Positions 30,576-40,540 of a stretch of 64,000 bases of DNA are shown here, in pieces. Under the pieces are notes generated by a model. That model ran no database searches, was not told where the DNA came from, and saw only the letters and a list, made by a program, of their open reading frames with translations. Source of the stretch: Candidatus Woesearchaeota archaeon (GTDB lineage: Archaea > Nanobdellota > Nanobdellia > SCGC-AAA011-G17 > JAGVZF01). The stretch's first letter is position 1; every line of letters starts with the position of its first letter. The position numbers and the translations under genes are program-made. The stretch lies in NCBI GenBank assembly GCA_964549185.1, contig CAZJUI010000003.1, positions 11,255 to 75,254 of the forward strand, given 5' to 3'.

Positions 30576-30948
30576 CGTTATTATAATTCATTAGTACTTT
30601 ATAAATTTTTATATTATCCTTTATATTACAATTTCTTTAAATTTTAATCCCTCTTTTTTTAAGGTATCTTTCCAAATCTTTTTCTGTTTTTCCTTTTTCT
30701 TTCCCATTCTTTATGTCCAGTAATCTTTTGCGTGCAATTTCATCCAATTTAGATCCAACATTTTCCATATGGTTTTTCATATTATCTATACAATTACCCC
30801 TATCTAAAAAACTTGCTTATATATTTAAGATATAATAAAATTAATAATAATATTATTAATAAAGAAAAAAATAACCTTTTGTAAAATCTTAACTGATTAT
30901 TTAAATTATTAACTTTTTTCTCAATCCTCTTCTGTTTATTATTAAACA

Positions 30949-31662
30949 TTAGCCTAGATAATTCAAATCTTCTTCTTTCTCTCTTTTCATATCAACAGCG
31001 TTTTTGCTATTATCCAATAATCCTTTAACTTTATTTTCAAAATCTTCAGCTTTCTTTATCAAAGGTTTATAATCAATTTTTAAACCCAAATAATTATCCA
31101 AAACTTCAATTACCTTAGCAGCTGCTCTTGAATCAGGTAACTTTGAATGAGTTTCAGCAAATACACAACTTAATGGAATATCTTTTTGCAACATCAAAGC
31201 TCCAGTCACTCCCATTACAACACCTTCCTTTAATGGTTCTAATCCAATTTTAACCCATTTAGCTTGTTTATCAGAATAATAAAAGGTTTTAACACTATCT
31301 GGATTACCTTCCATTGCCCCTACACCTTCTACTGAAATAACTTCTTTTACAGTTAACTGTTTGCATAAATCCTTTATAGCATCAACTAATTGCCATTCTA
31401 ATCCATTAACCCCGATTAAAGCATGCAATATCGCAATATTTGTTTTTTTATCATAAAATATTCCTAAAGGTTCAACAGCTTTCGATTCATGTATAGCCAC
31501 CATGGGATTTATATCTTTGCTAGTTATCTTACCTATTTGCTCAGCTTGTAAATGTTCTATTAAAAATTCAGTTGCTATTGTTCCGATCAATCCAAAACCA
31601 GGAAAACCTTCAATAAGAATTACGTTTTTAGGTTTTTTTGTTAATTCTATTTCCATTTTCAC
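30949..31662 (-). CDS. PAC2 (proteasome assembly chaperone 2, COG1938) family protein
   Basis: 237 aa with IEGFPGFGLIGTIA N-terminal motif. Confidence 0.65.
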   Translation of the reverse strand: MKMEIELTKKPKNVILIEGFPGFGLIGTIATEFLIEHLQAEQIGKITSKDINPMVAIHESKAVEPLGIFYDKKTNIAILHALIGVNGLEWQLVDAIKDLCKQLTVKEVISVEGVGAMEGNPDSVKTFYYSDKQAKWVKIGLEPLKEGVVMGVTGALMLQKDIPLSCVFAETHSKLPDSRAAAKVIEVLDNYLGLKIDYKPLIKKAEDFENKVKGLLDNSKNAVDMKREKEEDLNYLG

Positions 31663-31772
31663 ACCTCTTAACTTTTTCTTATCTTTGTTCTTTAAATACT
31701 TTATTATTCTTAAAGTTATACTTATCTAGTAATAAGTAAATTATATATAATGAAAAACAAGTTTTCACCTTA

Positions 31773-32384
31773 ATGGCAAATCAGGGTTTAATTGATTTTA
31801 TCAAAGAATACTTATCAAAAGGTTTTAACAAACAAGCTTTAAAACAAGGTTTAATGCAAAAAGGATGGCCTCTATCAGAAATAGATCAGGCGTTTTCAGA
31901 AGCAGAATCCTTTTCCCAGCTAAAACAAGAATTTAAACAACCAATAAAAATTAAGCCAGAAATAAAAGAAGAGAAAGAAGAAGAGCAAATAATAGATTTA
32001 GAAAAAGAGCCGATTAACAAGAAAAAAATACTTTACTATGGTTTATCGTTTTTAGGAATTTCAGTTATTTTATTATTTACCTTATTAGTTTTCTTTTATA
32101 TGAATGGAGTAATAGATTACACAATTAAAGATCCTGCAACAGGAAAAACATTAACTAAATCCTGCATTTACCAAGATTGCTCGGACATGAAAGACTTTGC
32201 AATATCTAATGTTAAATCACACATATCACTCTCTTTAATAATAAGCATAGTATTAGCAATTGCTTTGGTAGTTATCTATCATTTTATTAGATACAAAAAT
32301 ATTTTTTTCTGGGTTTCCAATGTGCTTTATTTATTGTTCTTAGCAGTTATTATATATATGTGGTTTAGTTTTAATGCCAAATAA
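31773..32384 (+). CDS. Membrane protein, hypothetical
   Basis: 203 aa, charged N-terminal domain and three TM helices. Confidence 0.4.
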   Translation: MANQGLIDFIKEYLSKGFNKQALKQGLMQKGWPLSEIDQAFSEAESFSQLKQEFKQPIKIKPEIKEEKEEEQIIDLEKEPINKKKILYYGLSFLGISVILLFTLLVFFYMNGVIDYTIKDPATGKTLTKSCIYQDCSDMKDFAISNVKSHISLSLIISIVLAIALVVIYHFIRYKNIFFWVSNVLYLLFLAVIIYMWFSFNAK

Positions 32385-32423
32385 AAAGCTATTTAAACAG
32401 ACTTTTTGATCTTTTTTCTGAAT

Positions 32424-32528
32424 GGGCCCGTAGCTCAGCCTGGTTAGAGCACCTGACACAATGGGTGAAGCTCTTAAGGCTCTTATGGAGATACCAGGGG
32501 GTCGTGGGTTCAAATCCCATCGGGCTCA
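32424..32528 (+). tRNA. Intron-containing tRNA (~30-nt insertion in the anticodon arm). Ile/Met-like acceptor and D-arm, anticodon unresolved.
   Basis: Acceptor GGGCCCG/CGGGCTC, D-arm GCTC-AGCCTGGTTA-GAGC, T-arm GTGGG-TTCAAAT-CCCAT, variable GGGTC. 105 nt implies a 30-nt intron between CCTGA and CCAGG. Confidence 0.7.
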
Positions 32529-32529
32529 T

Positions 32530-32935
32530 TTTAGATACATTTTTATTTTTATTTATTGTTATATTATTCTTTAAATTGGCACAAGCACAAGAAGGGTTGG
32601 GAGCAAGGGTAGGGAAAACGATTTTTAGATCATATCATAAAAAAGATGAAGAGGATGATTTTTACGAAAGAACATTTATTCATCAAGATCACAAACCATT
32701 TTTTTACTTAGATATAGGAGAAAACAATTTGCCTTTAGAGGCAAGAATCCTTGCGGAAGTAACACATCATAAAGTTTTCAAAGAAAATCAATTTCCGAAA
32801 AAGGGTGAAGGAGTAAAGTTTCATTACCCGCTTGACATAAATATTAAACAAAAAATAGGAAATAAACATGAATATAAATATATATCAAAATTAAAAAAAG
32901 AACTAAGATATATAGATTATAAAGATAAAAAATAA
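32530..32935 (+). CDS. Hypothetical small protein with a hydrophobic N-terminus; start uncertain
   Basis: The ORF-track ATG (32465) lies inside the tRNA and there is no internal ATG. A non-ATG start after the tRNA is likely. Confidence 0.3.
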
Positions 32936-32939
32936 AAAT

Positions 32940-33218
32940 TTAAAGTAATGTTTTTATTCTTTCTATATTTTCTGCTATTTTGTCGCCATTTTCGGTAAGT
33001 TTTATTGTTTTGATTCTGCCTGCTTTCTCAAAACTTACTAATTTAGCTTTCTCCATCTCCTGAAGAATTTTTACAGCATGAGAATATGTACAATCAACTT
33101 CCTTTGCTAATACGCTTCCATAACGATTTTTACTTCCTTTTCTTAACGCCACTAAAATCATTGCAGGCTTTTTCCTAAAAAAAACCTCGAAAATGTCTTT
33201 TTTGCTTGTCTTTACCAT
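32940..33218 (-). CDS. Small winged-helix transcriptional regulator
   Basis: 92 aa, LAKEVDCTYSHAVKILQEMEKAKLV HTH. Confidence 0.5.
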   Translation of the reverse strand: MVKTSKKDIFEVFFRKKPAMILVALRKGSKNRYGSVLAKEVDCTYSHAVKILQEMEKAKLVSFEKAGRIKTIKLTENGDKIAENIERIKTLL

Positions 33219-33457
33219 TAATTTTCCCCCTTATTGAGGATAAGATAATATGTTTGTATATTTAAAGATTTATATAGTGACTTATATATTAAATCATCCA
33301 TGCTAGAAAACAAACAACAAAAACTATATAAACCTTTCTGCGTTTTTTACAAAAGATTTAAAAACCTTCTCTAAAAACCTACTTTTTCCTTACAAAATCA
33401 AGTACTTTAGCTTTTGTTACCATAATCTTTAAATAATACCACTCTTAAAAATATATA

Positions 33458-34744
33458 ATGCTAGATATAAATCTGATAAGAGAAAATCCAAATATAATAA
33501 AAGATAGTTTAAAGAAACGAGCTCTTAATCCGAATCAAGTAGATGAATTCTTGACAATAGATTCTAAATGGAAAAAAATAAAACAACAAACAGAAGAACT
33601 AAGAGCAGAAAGAAATAGGATTAGTGTTAGAATAAATGAAGCTAAAAAACAAGGAAAAAATATTGATGAGATTATTAAAAGATCAAAAGAATTACCAAAA
33701 AAAATTCAGGAATTAGAAAATGAATTAAAAGATTTAGAAAATAAAAGAGAGAATATTTTGGAAAATTTTCCAAATTTAGTTGACAAATCAGTTCCTATCG
33801 GAGAGGAATCAAAAAATAAAACAATATTGACTTTTGGGAAAATATCAAAATCAAAATTTCCTGCAAAAGGACATGAAGAACTATTGCTAAATTTAGATTC
33901 AGTTGATATTGAAAAAGCAGCAAAAGTTACTGGCGCCCGTTTTTATTATCTTAAAAGAGATATTGTAAGATTGAATTATGCAATCATTAATTTTGCTCTG
34001 GATTTTTTATCAAAAAAAGGTTTTATCTTGATGCAACCTCCTTACATGTTAAATAAAACTTCATTAAAAGGAGCATTACCATTAGCTGCATTTGAAGAAA
34101 TGATCTACAAAATTGAAGATGAGGATCTTTATCTTATAGGAACAGCTGAACATGCATTGAATGCTTATTATTCAAATGAAACTTTGCAAACAAAAGATTT
34201 ACCAATAAGATTTGCAGGAGTTTCTCCTTGCTTTAGAAAAGAGGCAGGAAGTCATGGAAAAGACACAAAAGGAATTTTCAGAACACATCAATTTGAGAAA
34301 ATAGAGCAATTTGTTTTTTCTACTCCTGCAAATTCATGGAAAGAATTTGATTTAATATTGAATAATTCAAAAGAAATGTTAAAACTACTTAAAATTCCAT
34401 TTAGATTTGTTATTCTAGCATCTCAAGATATGGGCAGAGTTCCAACTAAGACAATAGATTTTGAAGGTTATTTTCCAAGTCAAAAAGCTTATCGTGAGCT
34501 TGGCTCTTGTTCAAACTGCCTAGATTATCAAGCAAGAAGATCAAATATAAAATATGATGATAAAGCAACAAGAAAATTTGTTCACACCCTTAATAATACA
34601 GCAATTGCAACTGAAAGAATGATAGCTTGTATTGTTGAAAATTATCAGCAGAAAGATGGATCAATAAAAGTTCCTTTAGTATTACAAAAATACATGAATG
34701 GAATTAAAGTTATTGGACAAATTTCTAAGAAAAAGAAATTATAA
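33458..34744 (+). CDS. serS: Seryl-tRNA synthetase
   Basis: 428 aa. N-terminal coiled-coil arm, class II motif 2 FRKEAGSHGKDTKGIFRTHQFEKIEQF, motif 3 near the C-terminus. Confidence 0.85.
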   Translation: MLDINLIRENPNIIKDSLKKRALNPNQVDEFLTIDSKWKKIKQQTEELRAERNRISVRINEAKKQGKNIDEIIKRSKELPKKIQELENELKDLENKRENILENFPNLVDKSVPIGEESKNKTILTFGKISKSKFPAKGHEELLLNLDSVDIEKAAKVTGARFYYLKRDIVRLNYAIINFALDFLSKKGFILMQPPYMLNKTSLKGALPLAAFEEMIYKIEDEDLYLIGTAEHALNAYYSNETLQTKDLPIRFAGVSPCFRKEAGSHGKDTKGIFRTHQFEKIEQFVFSTPANSWKEFDLILNNSKEMLKLLKIPFRFVILASQDMGRVPTKTIDFEGYFPSQKAYRELGSCSNCLDYQARRSNIKYDDKATRKFVHTLNNTAIATERMIACIVENYQQKDGSIKVPLVLQKYMNGIKVIGQISKKKKL

Positions 34745-34882
34745 AACTTTCCCCTTATTACATATCACACAAACACCTTTTTTATTGTCAAAATGTAATC
34801 TACAAACGTTCTTTCCACATCTAGGGCAAGGAATTTCAGCAATTCTTACATTACATATTTGGCATTTGACTAAAATAGTCAT
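34739..34882 (-). CDS. Small zinc-ribbon protein (47 aa)
   Basis: Minus-strand MTILVKCQICNVRIAEIPCPRCGKNVCRLHFDNKKGVCVICNK with three CxxC pairs. Stop overlaps the serS stop. Below the ORF-track size cutoff. Confidence 0.4.
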   Translation of the reverse strand: MTILVKCQICNVRIAEIPCPRCGKNVCRLHFDNKKGVCVICNKGKVL

Positions 34883-34957
34883 AATAAGAATATGTTTAAT
34901 TTACTTATAAATTTATCTAACCAAAAACCTTAAAAACCGATTTTCTTTAATATTATT

Positions 34958-35560
34958 ATGAAAATATTAGCAGCTGGAGATTTCCATGGAGATAGAATAA
35001 AAGCCAAAAAATTAGCAGATTTGGCTGAAAAAGAAAATGTAGATTTAATTATCTTAAATGGAGATATAGTAGAAGAAGAGAATGTAGAAGGCATAGTCGG
35101 CCAATTTGCTTCTAAAAGAAAAAAATTATTATTAATTCCAGGAAATCACGAAACAAATGCAACAATGGATTTTCTAGCTAAAATTTACAATGCTAAAAAC
35201 TTACATATGTCTTTTGTAGATTATGGTGGAATTGGAATTGTAGGTGTCGGCGGAGCAAATGTTGGATTAACTCAATTAGATGATACGGAATTCTTCAATT
35301 CAATTAAGAAAGGAGTTTATTATACAAAAAACTCAAAAACAAAAATCTGGGTTACACATATTCATCCAGCAGATACAAAAATGGAAAAATTCTCAAACTT
35401 TGTTACAGGTTCATCTGGATTAAAACAAGCAATTGATAAATTTCAGCCAGACTTAGTTATCTGCGGCCATGTCCATGAAGCAGAAGGTATCGAGGAGAAA
35501 ATAGGCAAAACAACTGTTTTAAATGTCGGAAGAAATGGAAAAATAATAAATATCGAATAG
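34958..35560 (+). CDS. Metallophosphoesterase (YfcE/MJ0936-like)
   Basis: 200 aa. GDFHGD, GDIVE, GNHE, GHVHE motifs. Confidence 0.7.
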   Translation: MKILAAGDFHGDRIKAKKLADLAEKENVDLIILNGDIVEEENVEGIVGQFASKRKKLLLIPGNHETNATMDFLAKIYNAKNLHMSFVDYGGIGIVGVGGANVGLTQLDDTEFFNSIKKGVYYTKNSKTKIWVTHIHPADTKMEKFSNFVTGSSGLKQAIDKFQPDLVICGHVHEAEGIEEKIGKTTVLNVGRNGKIINIE

Positions 35561-35608
35561 AAATTCTAAATAAATAACTTTTTAAAGCTATCATAAAATA
35601 AAATTATA

Positions 35609-37678
35609 ATGAAAACTTTTATTTTGACGGAAAAACCATCGGCCTGTCTTAAAATAGCTACCGCTCTCTCCGACGGAAAAATAAAGAAAAATTCAGATAA
35701 AGGAGCCCCTTATTATGAAATAATTCATGATGGTAAAGAAATAATAGTTGGATGTGCAGTTGGTCATCTTTTTGGATTAGCTGAAAAAGAAAAGAAAGGC
35801 TGGACATATCCCGTCTATGATGTAGAATGGCGCGCAACATACCTTACCTCGAAATCATCTAAATTTACAAAAAAATATTATGATGCTATTAAAAAAATAT
35901 CTAAAGAGGCTAAAGAATTTTATTTAGCAACAGATAAAGATATAGAAGGAGAATTGCTCGGCTATAATGTTTTAAGATATATTTGTAATGTGAAGGATGC
36001 TAAAAGAATGGAATTCTCAACATTAACAAAAGAAGATTTAATAAAATCTTTCAAAGAAGCAAAACCTCACGTTGATTTTCCATTGATAGAGGCAGGAGAA
36101 ACACGACATATTCTTGACTGGGTGCATGGAATTAATACAAGTAGAGCATTAACATTATCAATAAAAAACGCAACAAAACAATATAAATTATTATCTACTG
36201 GAAGAGTTCAAGGTCCAACTTTAAAATTAATAGTTGACAAAGAAAAAGAAATTAAATCATTTATTCCAGTTCCCTATTGGGAAATTGAATCTGATTTAGA
36301 AGAAAAAAATGAAAAATTTATTGCTTATCATGAAAATGGAAAATTTGAAGATAAAAATAAAGCAAATGAGGTATACAATAAAATAAATACAGCAAAAAAA
36401 GCTAAAATAATTAAAGTTTCAAGATCACAATTTAAACAAACTCCTCCAACTCCTTTTGATTTAACTTCATTACAAACAGAAGCTTACAGAAATTTCAGAA
36501 TTCAACCTAATCGGACATTAGAAATTGCTCAAGCACTTTACTTAGCTGCATTAATTAGTTATCCAAGAACATCATCCCAACAATTACCTCCTGCTCTAAA
36601 TTATAAAAAAATATTAAAAGATTTATCTCAACAAGAAAACTATAAAGAATTATGCAATGAATTATTGAAAGAAAAATTAAATCCAAATAATGGTAAAAAA
36701 ACAGATCCTGCTCATCCAGCAATCCATCCAACAGGAGAACTTCCTGAATCATTAACAGAAGAAGAACAAGAATTATATGATTTAATTGTAAGAAGAACAT
36801 TAGCAGCATTTGCAAAAGAAGCAACTAGAGAAACAATGACCGTTAATTTTGATATTAACAAAGAAATATTTATTGCAAAAGGCACTAGAACTATAGATAA
36901 AGGATGGCATAAATTTTATGGTAAATATGCTACATTCAAAGAAGAAACATTGCCTGATTTAAAAGAAAATAAAGAAGTAAAAGTCATTGAAACAAGATTA
37001 TTAGCTAAAGAAACTTCTCCACCTAAACGTTACACTCCAGCTTCAATAATAAAATTAATGGAAACTTTAAATCTTGGAACAAAAGCAACTCGTTCATCTA
37101 TAGTTGAAACTCTTTACTCCCGTCATTACATAAAAGAAACTTCTCTTGAAGCAACAAATCTTGGAATTAAAACAATAGAAACTTTGGAAAAATATTGTCC
37201 TGAAATTATAGATGTTGCATTAACTGAACATTTTGAAGAGGAAATGAATGAAATCCAAGAACAAAAGAAGAAAAGTTTAGAAGTTATAGCTGAAGCAAAA
37301 GAAACTTTAAACAAAATATTTACACATTTTAAGGAAAATGAGCATAATATCGGCTTGGCTTTAGCAGAAGCTGTAAATCAAACTAGAGATGATTACCAAA
37401 TTGTAGGCAAATGCGAAAAAGATAATGGAGACCTAAGAATAATGTTTTCTAAAAGATTTAAATCATATTTTATTGCATGTTCTAACTATCCAAACTGTAA
37501 AAATACGTTTTCTATGCCCAAAAATGGACTTGCTAAACCTACTGGAACTGTCTGTCCTGAATGTGGTTTTCCTGTAATTAAAATAATAAGAAAAGGAAAA
37601 AGACCTTATGATTATTGTATATCAAAGGAATGTCCTCAGAAAAAAAGATGGGCTGAAGAAAATTCTATCCCCAAATAG
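35609..37678 (+). CDS. topA: Type IA DNA topoisomerase (Topo III-like)
   Basis: 689 aa. Toprim TEKPSAC, catalytic Tyr region and C-terminal Cys4 zinc ribbons (CSNYPNC...CPECG). Confidence 0.8.
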   Translation: MKTFILTEKPSACLKIATALSDGKIKKNSDKGAPYYEIIHDGKEIIVGCAVGHLFGLAEKEKKGWTYPVYDVEWRATYLTSKSSKFTKKYYDAIKKISKEAKEFYLATDKDIEGELLGYNVLRYICNVKDAKRMEFSTLTKEDLIKSFKEAKPHVDFPLIEAGETRHILDWVHGINTSRALTLSIKNATKQYKLLSTGRVQGPTLKLIVDKEKEIKSFIPVPYWEIESDLEEKNEKFIAYHENGKFEDKNKANEVYNKINTAKKAKIIKVSRSQFKQTPPTPFDLTSLQTEAYRNFRIQPNRTLEIAQALYLAALISYPRTSSQQLPPALNYKKILKDLSQQENYKELCNELLKEKLNPNNGKKTDPAHPAIHPTGELPESLTEEEQELYDLIVRRTLAAFAKEATRETMTVNFDINKEIFIAKGTRTIDKGWHKFYGKYATFKEETLPDLKENKEVKVIETRLLAKETSPPKRYTPASIIKLMETLNLGTKATRSSIVETLYSRHYIKETSLEATNLGIKTIETLEKYCPEIIDVALTEHFEEEMNEIQEQKKKSLEVIAEAKETLNKIFTHFKENEHNIGLALAEAVNQTRDDYQIVGKCEKDNGDLRIMFSKRFKSYFIACSNYPNCKNTFSMPKNGLAKPTGTVCPECGFPVIKIIRKGKRPYDYCISKECPQKKRWAEENSIPK

Positions 37679-39380
37679 AATTTAAATGATAAACAAGTTT
37701 TTCCTCCTCTTCAGGGGATATAGCATCCCAACCTCCATCGTAATAAAAAAATGTTTCAAAAAAAGAAGATAAGGTTTTATTTAATATAGAGTGAACATTT
37801 TTTCTTATTTCAATCGTGTTTAGATTATACTCGTTTTTCATAGCATCTTTTACAAAAGAAAGAGTTTTATTATTAATATACCTTTTTTTAATTCTTAATT
37901 CACCTTTATATGGAATTATTAATTGCGCTAAATATATTATATTTTTATTCAATCTTATAGGTAGTCTTATTAGTTTATATCCGTGATTAATACTAAAAAG
38001 CAAGTTTTGTTTTTTGATAATTTTAATAAAGTCTTTATATGACTTATTATTAAGTTTAAGTATTTCAAAAAATTTTAATACTGGAATTCCATGTTTATTA
38101 ATCTCCCAACTAGATAAATTATTTAATTTGACGTCAAGTAATTTAGCTAAATCTCTTTGTCTTAAATTTAATTTATTTCTCATTTTTTTAATTAAATCAC
38201 CTCCACTATATATCATTAATCCATCAATTTTTCTTAAATCAAAATAAACATCTTCATATAAATTTTTACGTTTAATACCATTAAATGTCTTTAGATTAAA
38301 TCCATTTTTGAGATTATTAACTAAAGCTTTAATCTTCCTAGCATGAGAAAAACCTATTTTATATGAAAATTTTTTATAAGAATCAGAGTAGATTTGTAAG
38401 AAATATGAATTACTTGTCCCAAATTTTACAGAACTTACATTAAAACTAATTTTAATCATATCTTTTCTACATTCTTCTAATAACGCTTTAGTCCCAGAAG
38501 ATATTGATATCTGTTTATTATCGTATTGGCAGTATCCATCAGTATCAAAAAGACCTCTCCAAAAATATTTATATAATAAAAATGAGTTTTTACTACTATT
38601 GAATATCTTAGGCTTTTCTAGTTTTCCTTTCTTCCTACCATAGGGTGCACCAAAATAAAAATTAATAAATCTTCCAAAGACCATACCATTTACTATCAAT
38701 TCTATTCTATTATCTCGTCTATTCGGCTTAGATATTTTTAGACCGAATAAACTCTCAATTAATTTCCTGATATTATTTAAAAAAACTACAGAATCTTTAA
38801 TTCTTTCTTCATCTTTACTTCCATCAACAATTACCCAAAAATTACTTAAGGAAAAGCCACCATCTCCTAAAATACAACCAGCTAAATAGGCATATTTTTT
38901 ATTTAATAAATCATCCAACTTATAAGGAGGATAAAACCTAATTTTATTATGAACATCAGTAAAATATTCAACTTTTTGTGTAAGTTTAGATAAAGATTTC
39001 AAATCCTGTTCTTTTATAAGAGAAATTACCCTCAATGTTATATAAGGCCATATATTATCTTTCTTCCATTTTCTTAAACATTCAATTTTAATTTTTCCTT
39101 TTTTGCAATATGTTGCAATTTCTTTCCTTAAACCCAGAAAATCATTTTTAATAAGATCTTTGCCAATATAATTACACAAAACATTTGTAGATATCTTACA
39201 GTACACCATACTATTTAGACTTCTATCAAAATCTAAAGTTTTTACAAATGCCGTATATAGATTTAAAGAATTTCCATTTAAGATATAATGAAATTTATTA
39301 TTAATTAATCTATTTACATTTATAAAATTTTCTCTACTACTTTCCTTAAATAGTAAAGGATCTTCTAAATAATTAATCAT
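37665..39380 (-). CDS. Free-standing double-motif LAGLIDADG-like protein fused to an XRE-type HTH
   Basis: 571 aa. YLAGCILGDGGFS and WRGLFDTDGY (two LAGLIDADG motifs), then KLNLRQRDLAKLLDVKLNNLSSWEINK (HTH_XRE). No extein flanks. Confidence 0.55.
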   Translation of the reverse strand: MINYLEDPLLFKESSRENFINVNRLINNKFHYILNGNSLNLYTAFVKTLDFDRSLNSMVYCKISTNVLCNYIGKDLIKNDFLGLRKEIATYCKKGKIKIECLRKWKKDNIWPYITLRVISLIKEQDLKSLSKLTQKVEYFTDVHNKIRFYPPYKLDDLLNKKYAYLAGCILGDGGFSLSNFWVIVDGSKDEERIKDSVVFLNNIRKLIESLFGLKISKPNRRDNRIELIVNGMVFGRFINFYFGAPYGRKKGKLEKPKIFNSSKNSFLLYKYFWRGLFDTDGYCQYDNKQISISSGTKALLEECRKDMIKISFNVSSVKFGTSNSYFLQIYSDSYKKFSYKIGFSHARKIKALVNNLKNGFNLKTFNGIKRKNLYEDVYFDLRKIDGLMIYSGGDLIKKMRNKLNLRQRDLAKLLDVKLNNLSSWEINKHGIPVLKFFEILKLNNKSYKDFIKIIKKQNLLFSINHGYKLIRLPIRLNKNIIYLAQLIIPYKGELRIKKRYINNKTLSFVKDAMKNEYNLNTIEIRKNVHSILNKTLSSFFETFFYYDGGWDAISPEEEEKLVYHLNSIWG

Positions 39381-39517
39381 TTTAATATTAAAACCTTTAG
39401 GATATTTAAATTTTCCTATTATGTAAATTAAAAGAAGAATGGGCTAAGCAGCAATTAAATTCTGAATAAATTGAGCATTTATCACAACTTTTCCAGAAAA
39501 GAAATATTTATAAATTT

Positions 39518-39904
39518 TTGGTATATAATAAACTCATGCCATCTAGAAATACGATTGGAAATATATATCTTACAGCTGGTGCCTTAATAGCAATGAGTGG
39601 AGCGATGATGATACCCTTAAATACCGCATGGACACCAACAAAAACTGGAAATTTAGGTAGAATATATCAAATAAACCAAGAATTAAGGGATTATTCTTAT
39701 ACAACTGAAAAAAGCGATCATACTGCTCTTTATTTTCAAAACCTTATAGCCGAAAAAGAACAATTGAAAGCTTTACCTACAACCTCAAACGAAATAAAAT
39801 TAAATCAAGATACAAAAAGAAATAGAAGAATTACGGGCGCAGGTATTACTCTCTTAGGTTTAATAGGTATGGCTGGCGCTGCAAAAAAGAAAGGGATATT
39901 CTAA
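39518..39904 (+). CDS. Small membrane protein, hypothetical
   Basis: 128 aa, two hydrophobic segments. Confidence 0.35.
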   Translation: MVYNKLMPSRNTIGNIYLTAGALIAMSGAMMIPLNTAWTPTKTGNLGRIYQINQELRDYSYTTEKSDHTALYFQNLIAEKEQLKALPTTSNEIKLNQDTKRNRRITGAGITLLGLIGMAGAAKKKGIF

Positions 39905-39913
39905 TTTTCCTAT

Positions 39914-40498
39914 TCAAATTCTTCTTAATCCTTTATCATCAATATCAAAATAAAATTCTTCTTTAATTGGCTTCCATATTACACATTTTCTTTTATTATT
40001 TTTAATTAACTCAATTAATTGATAACTATCTTGCAATATCTTTCCACCCAGCATTTTAACTCCATCATTCATATCAGAATAAACTTGGTTAGTAACTAGT
40101 ACAGGAATATATTTGCTTATATCTTTTAATATTCTAACTTGGCTTATTAACATAGAATTAGCTAAAGAACTATGATTCCTTACTAATTTCCTATAATGAA
40201 TTCCTATACTGTCAACAATCAATAATGAAGCTTTACTTTCTTTAACTAGATTAAACAACATCTTTATCTTTTCTTGCTGATCTTTGAAATTACTTGCTTT
40301 TAATCTTATTATATTATCTAGATTTTTATCTATATTATTATTCATCTGTTTTAATCTGTCTAAATTAAATCCATTTTCAGTATCTAAGTAGATAATTTTA
40401 TTTTTAAAAGATTCTTCATTAGCTTTCATCAAGCATAATGTTGTTTTACCACTTGCTCCAGGACCATAAACTGTAGTTAATCCTTTAATCTCTATCAT
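39914..40498 (-). CDS. radB: RadB/KaiC-like RecA-family ATPase
   Basis: 194 aa. Walker A GPGASGKTT and Walker B LLIVDS. Confidence 0.65.
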   Translation of the reverse strand: MIEIKGLTTVYGPGASGKTTLCLMKANEESFKNKIIYLDTENGFNLDRLKQMNNNIDKNLDNIIRLKASNFKDQQEKIKMLFNLVKESKASLLIVDSIGIHYRKLVRNHSSLANSMLISQVRILKDISKYIPVLVTNQVYSDMNDGVKMLGGKILQDSYQLIELIKNNKRKCVIWKPIKEEFYFDIDDKGLRRI

Positions 40499-40540
40499 AA
40501 TAATATTAAGTTAATTAGTTTTATAAGGTTATTGAAAAAA

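Noticed and set aside
32465-32529. N-terminal part of ORF 32465..32935 overlapping the tRNA
   Set aside because: The ATG lies inside a well-folded tRNA gene; the protein more likely starts downstream at a non-ATG codon.
34698-34910. 70-aa plus-strand ORF downstream of serS
   Set aside because: The opposite strand encodes a convincing CxxC zinc ribbon; the plus-strand translation has no features.
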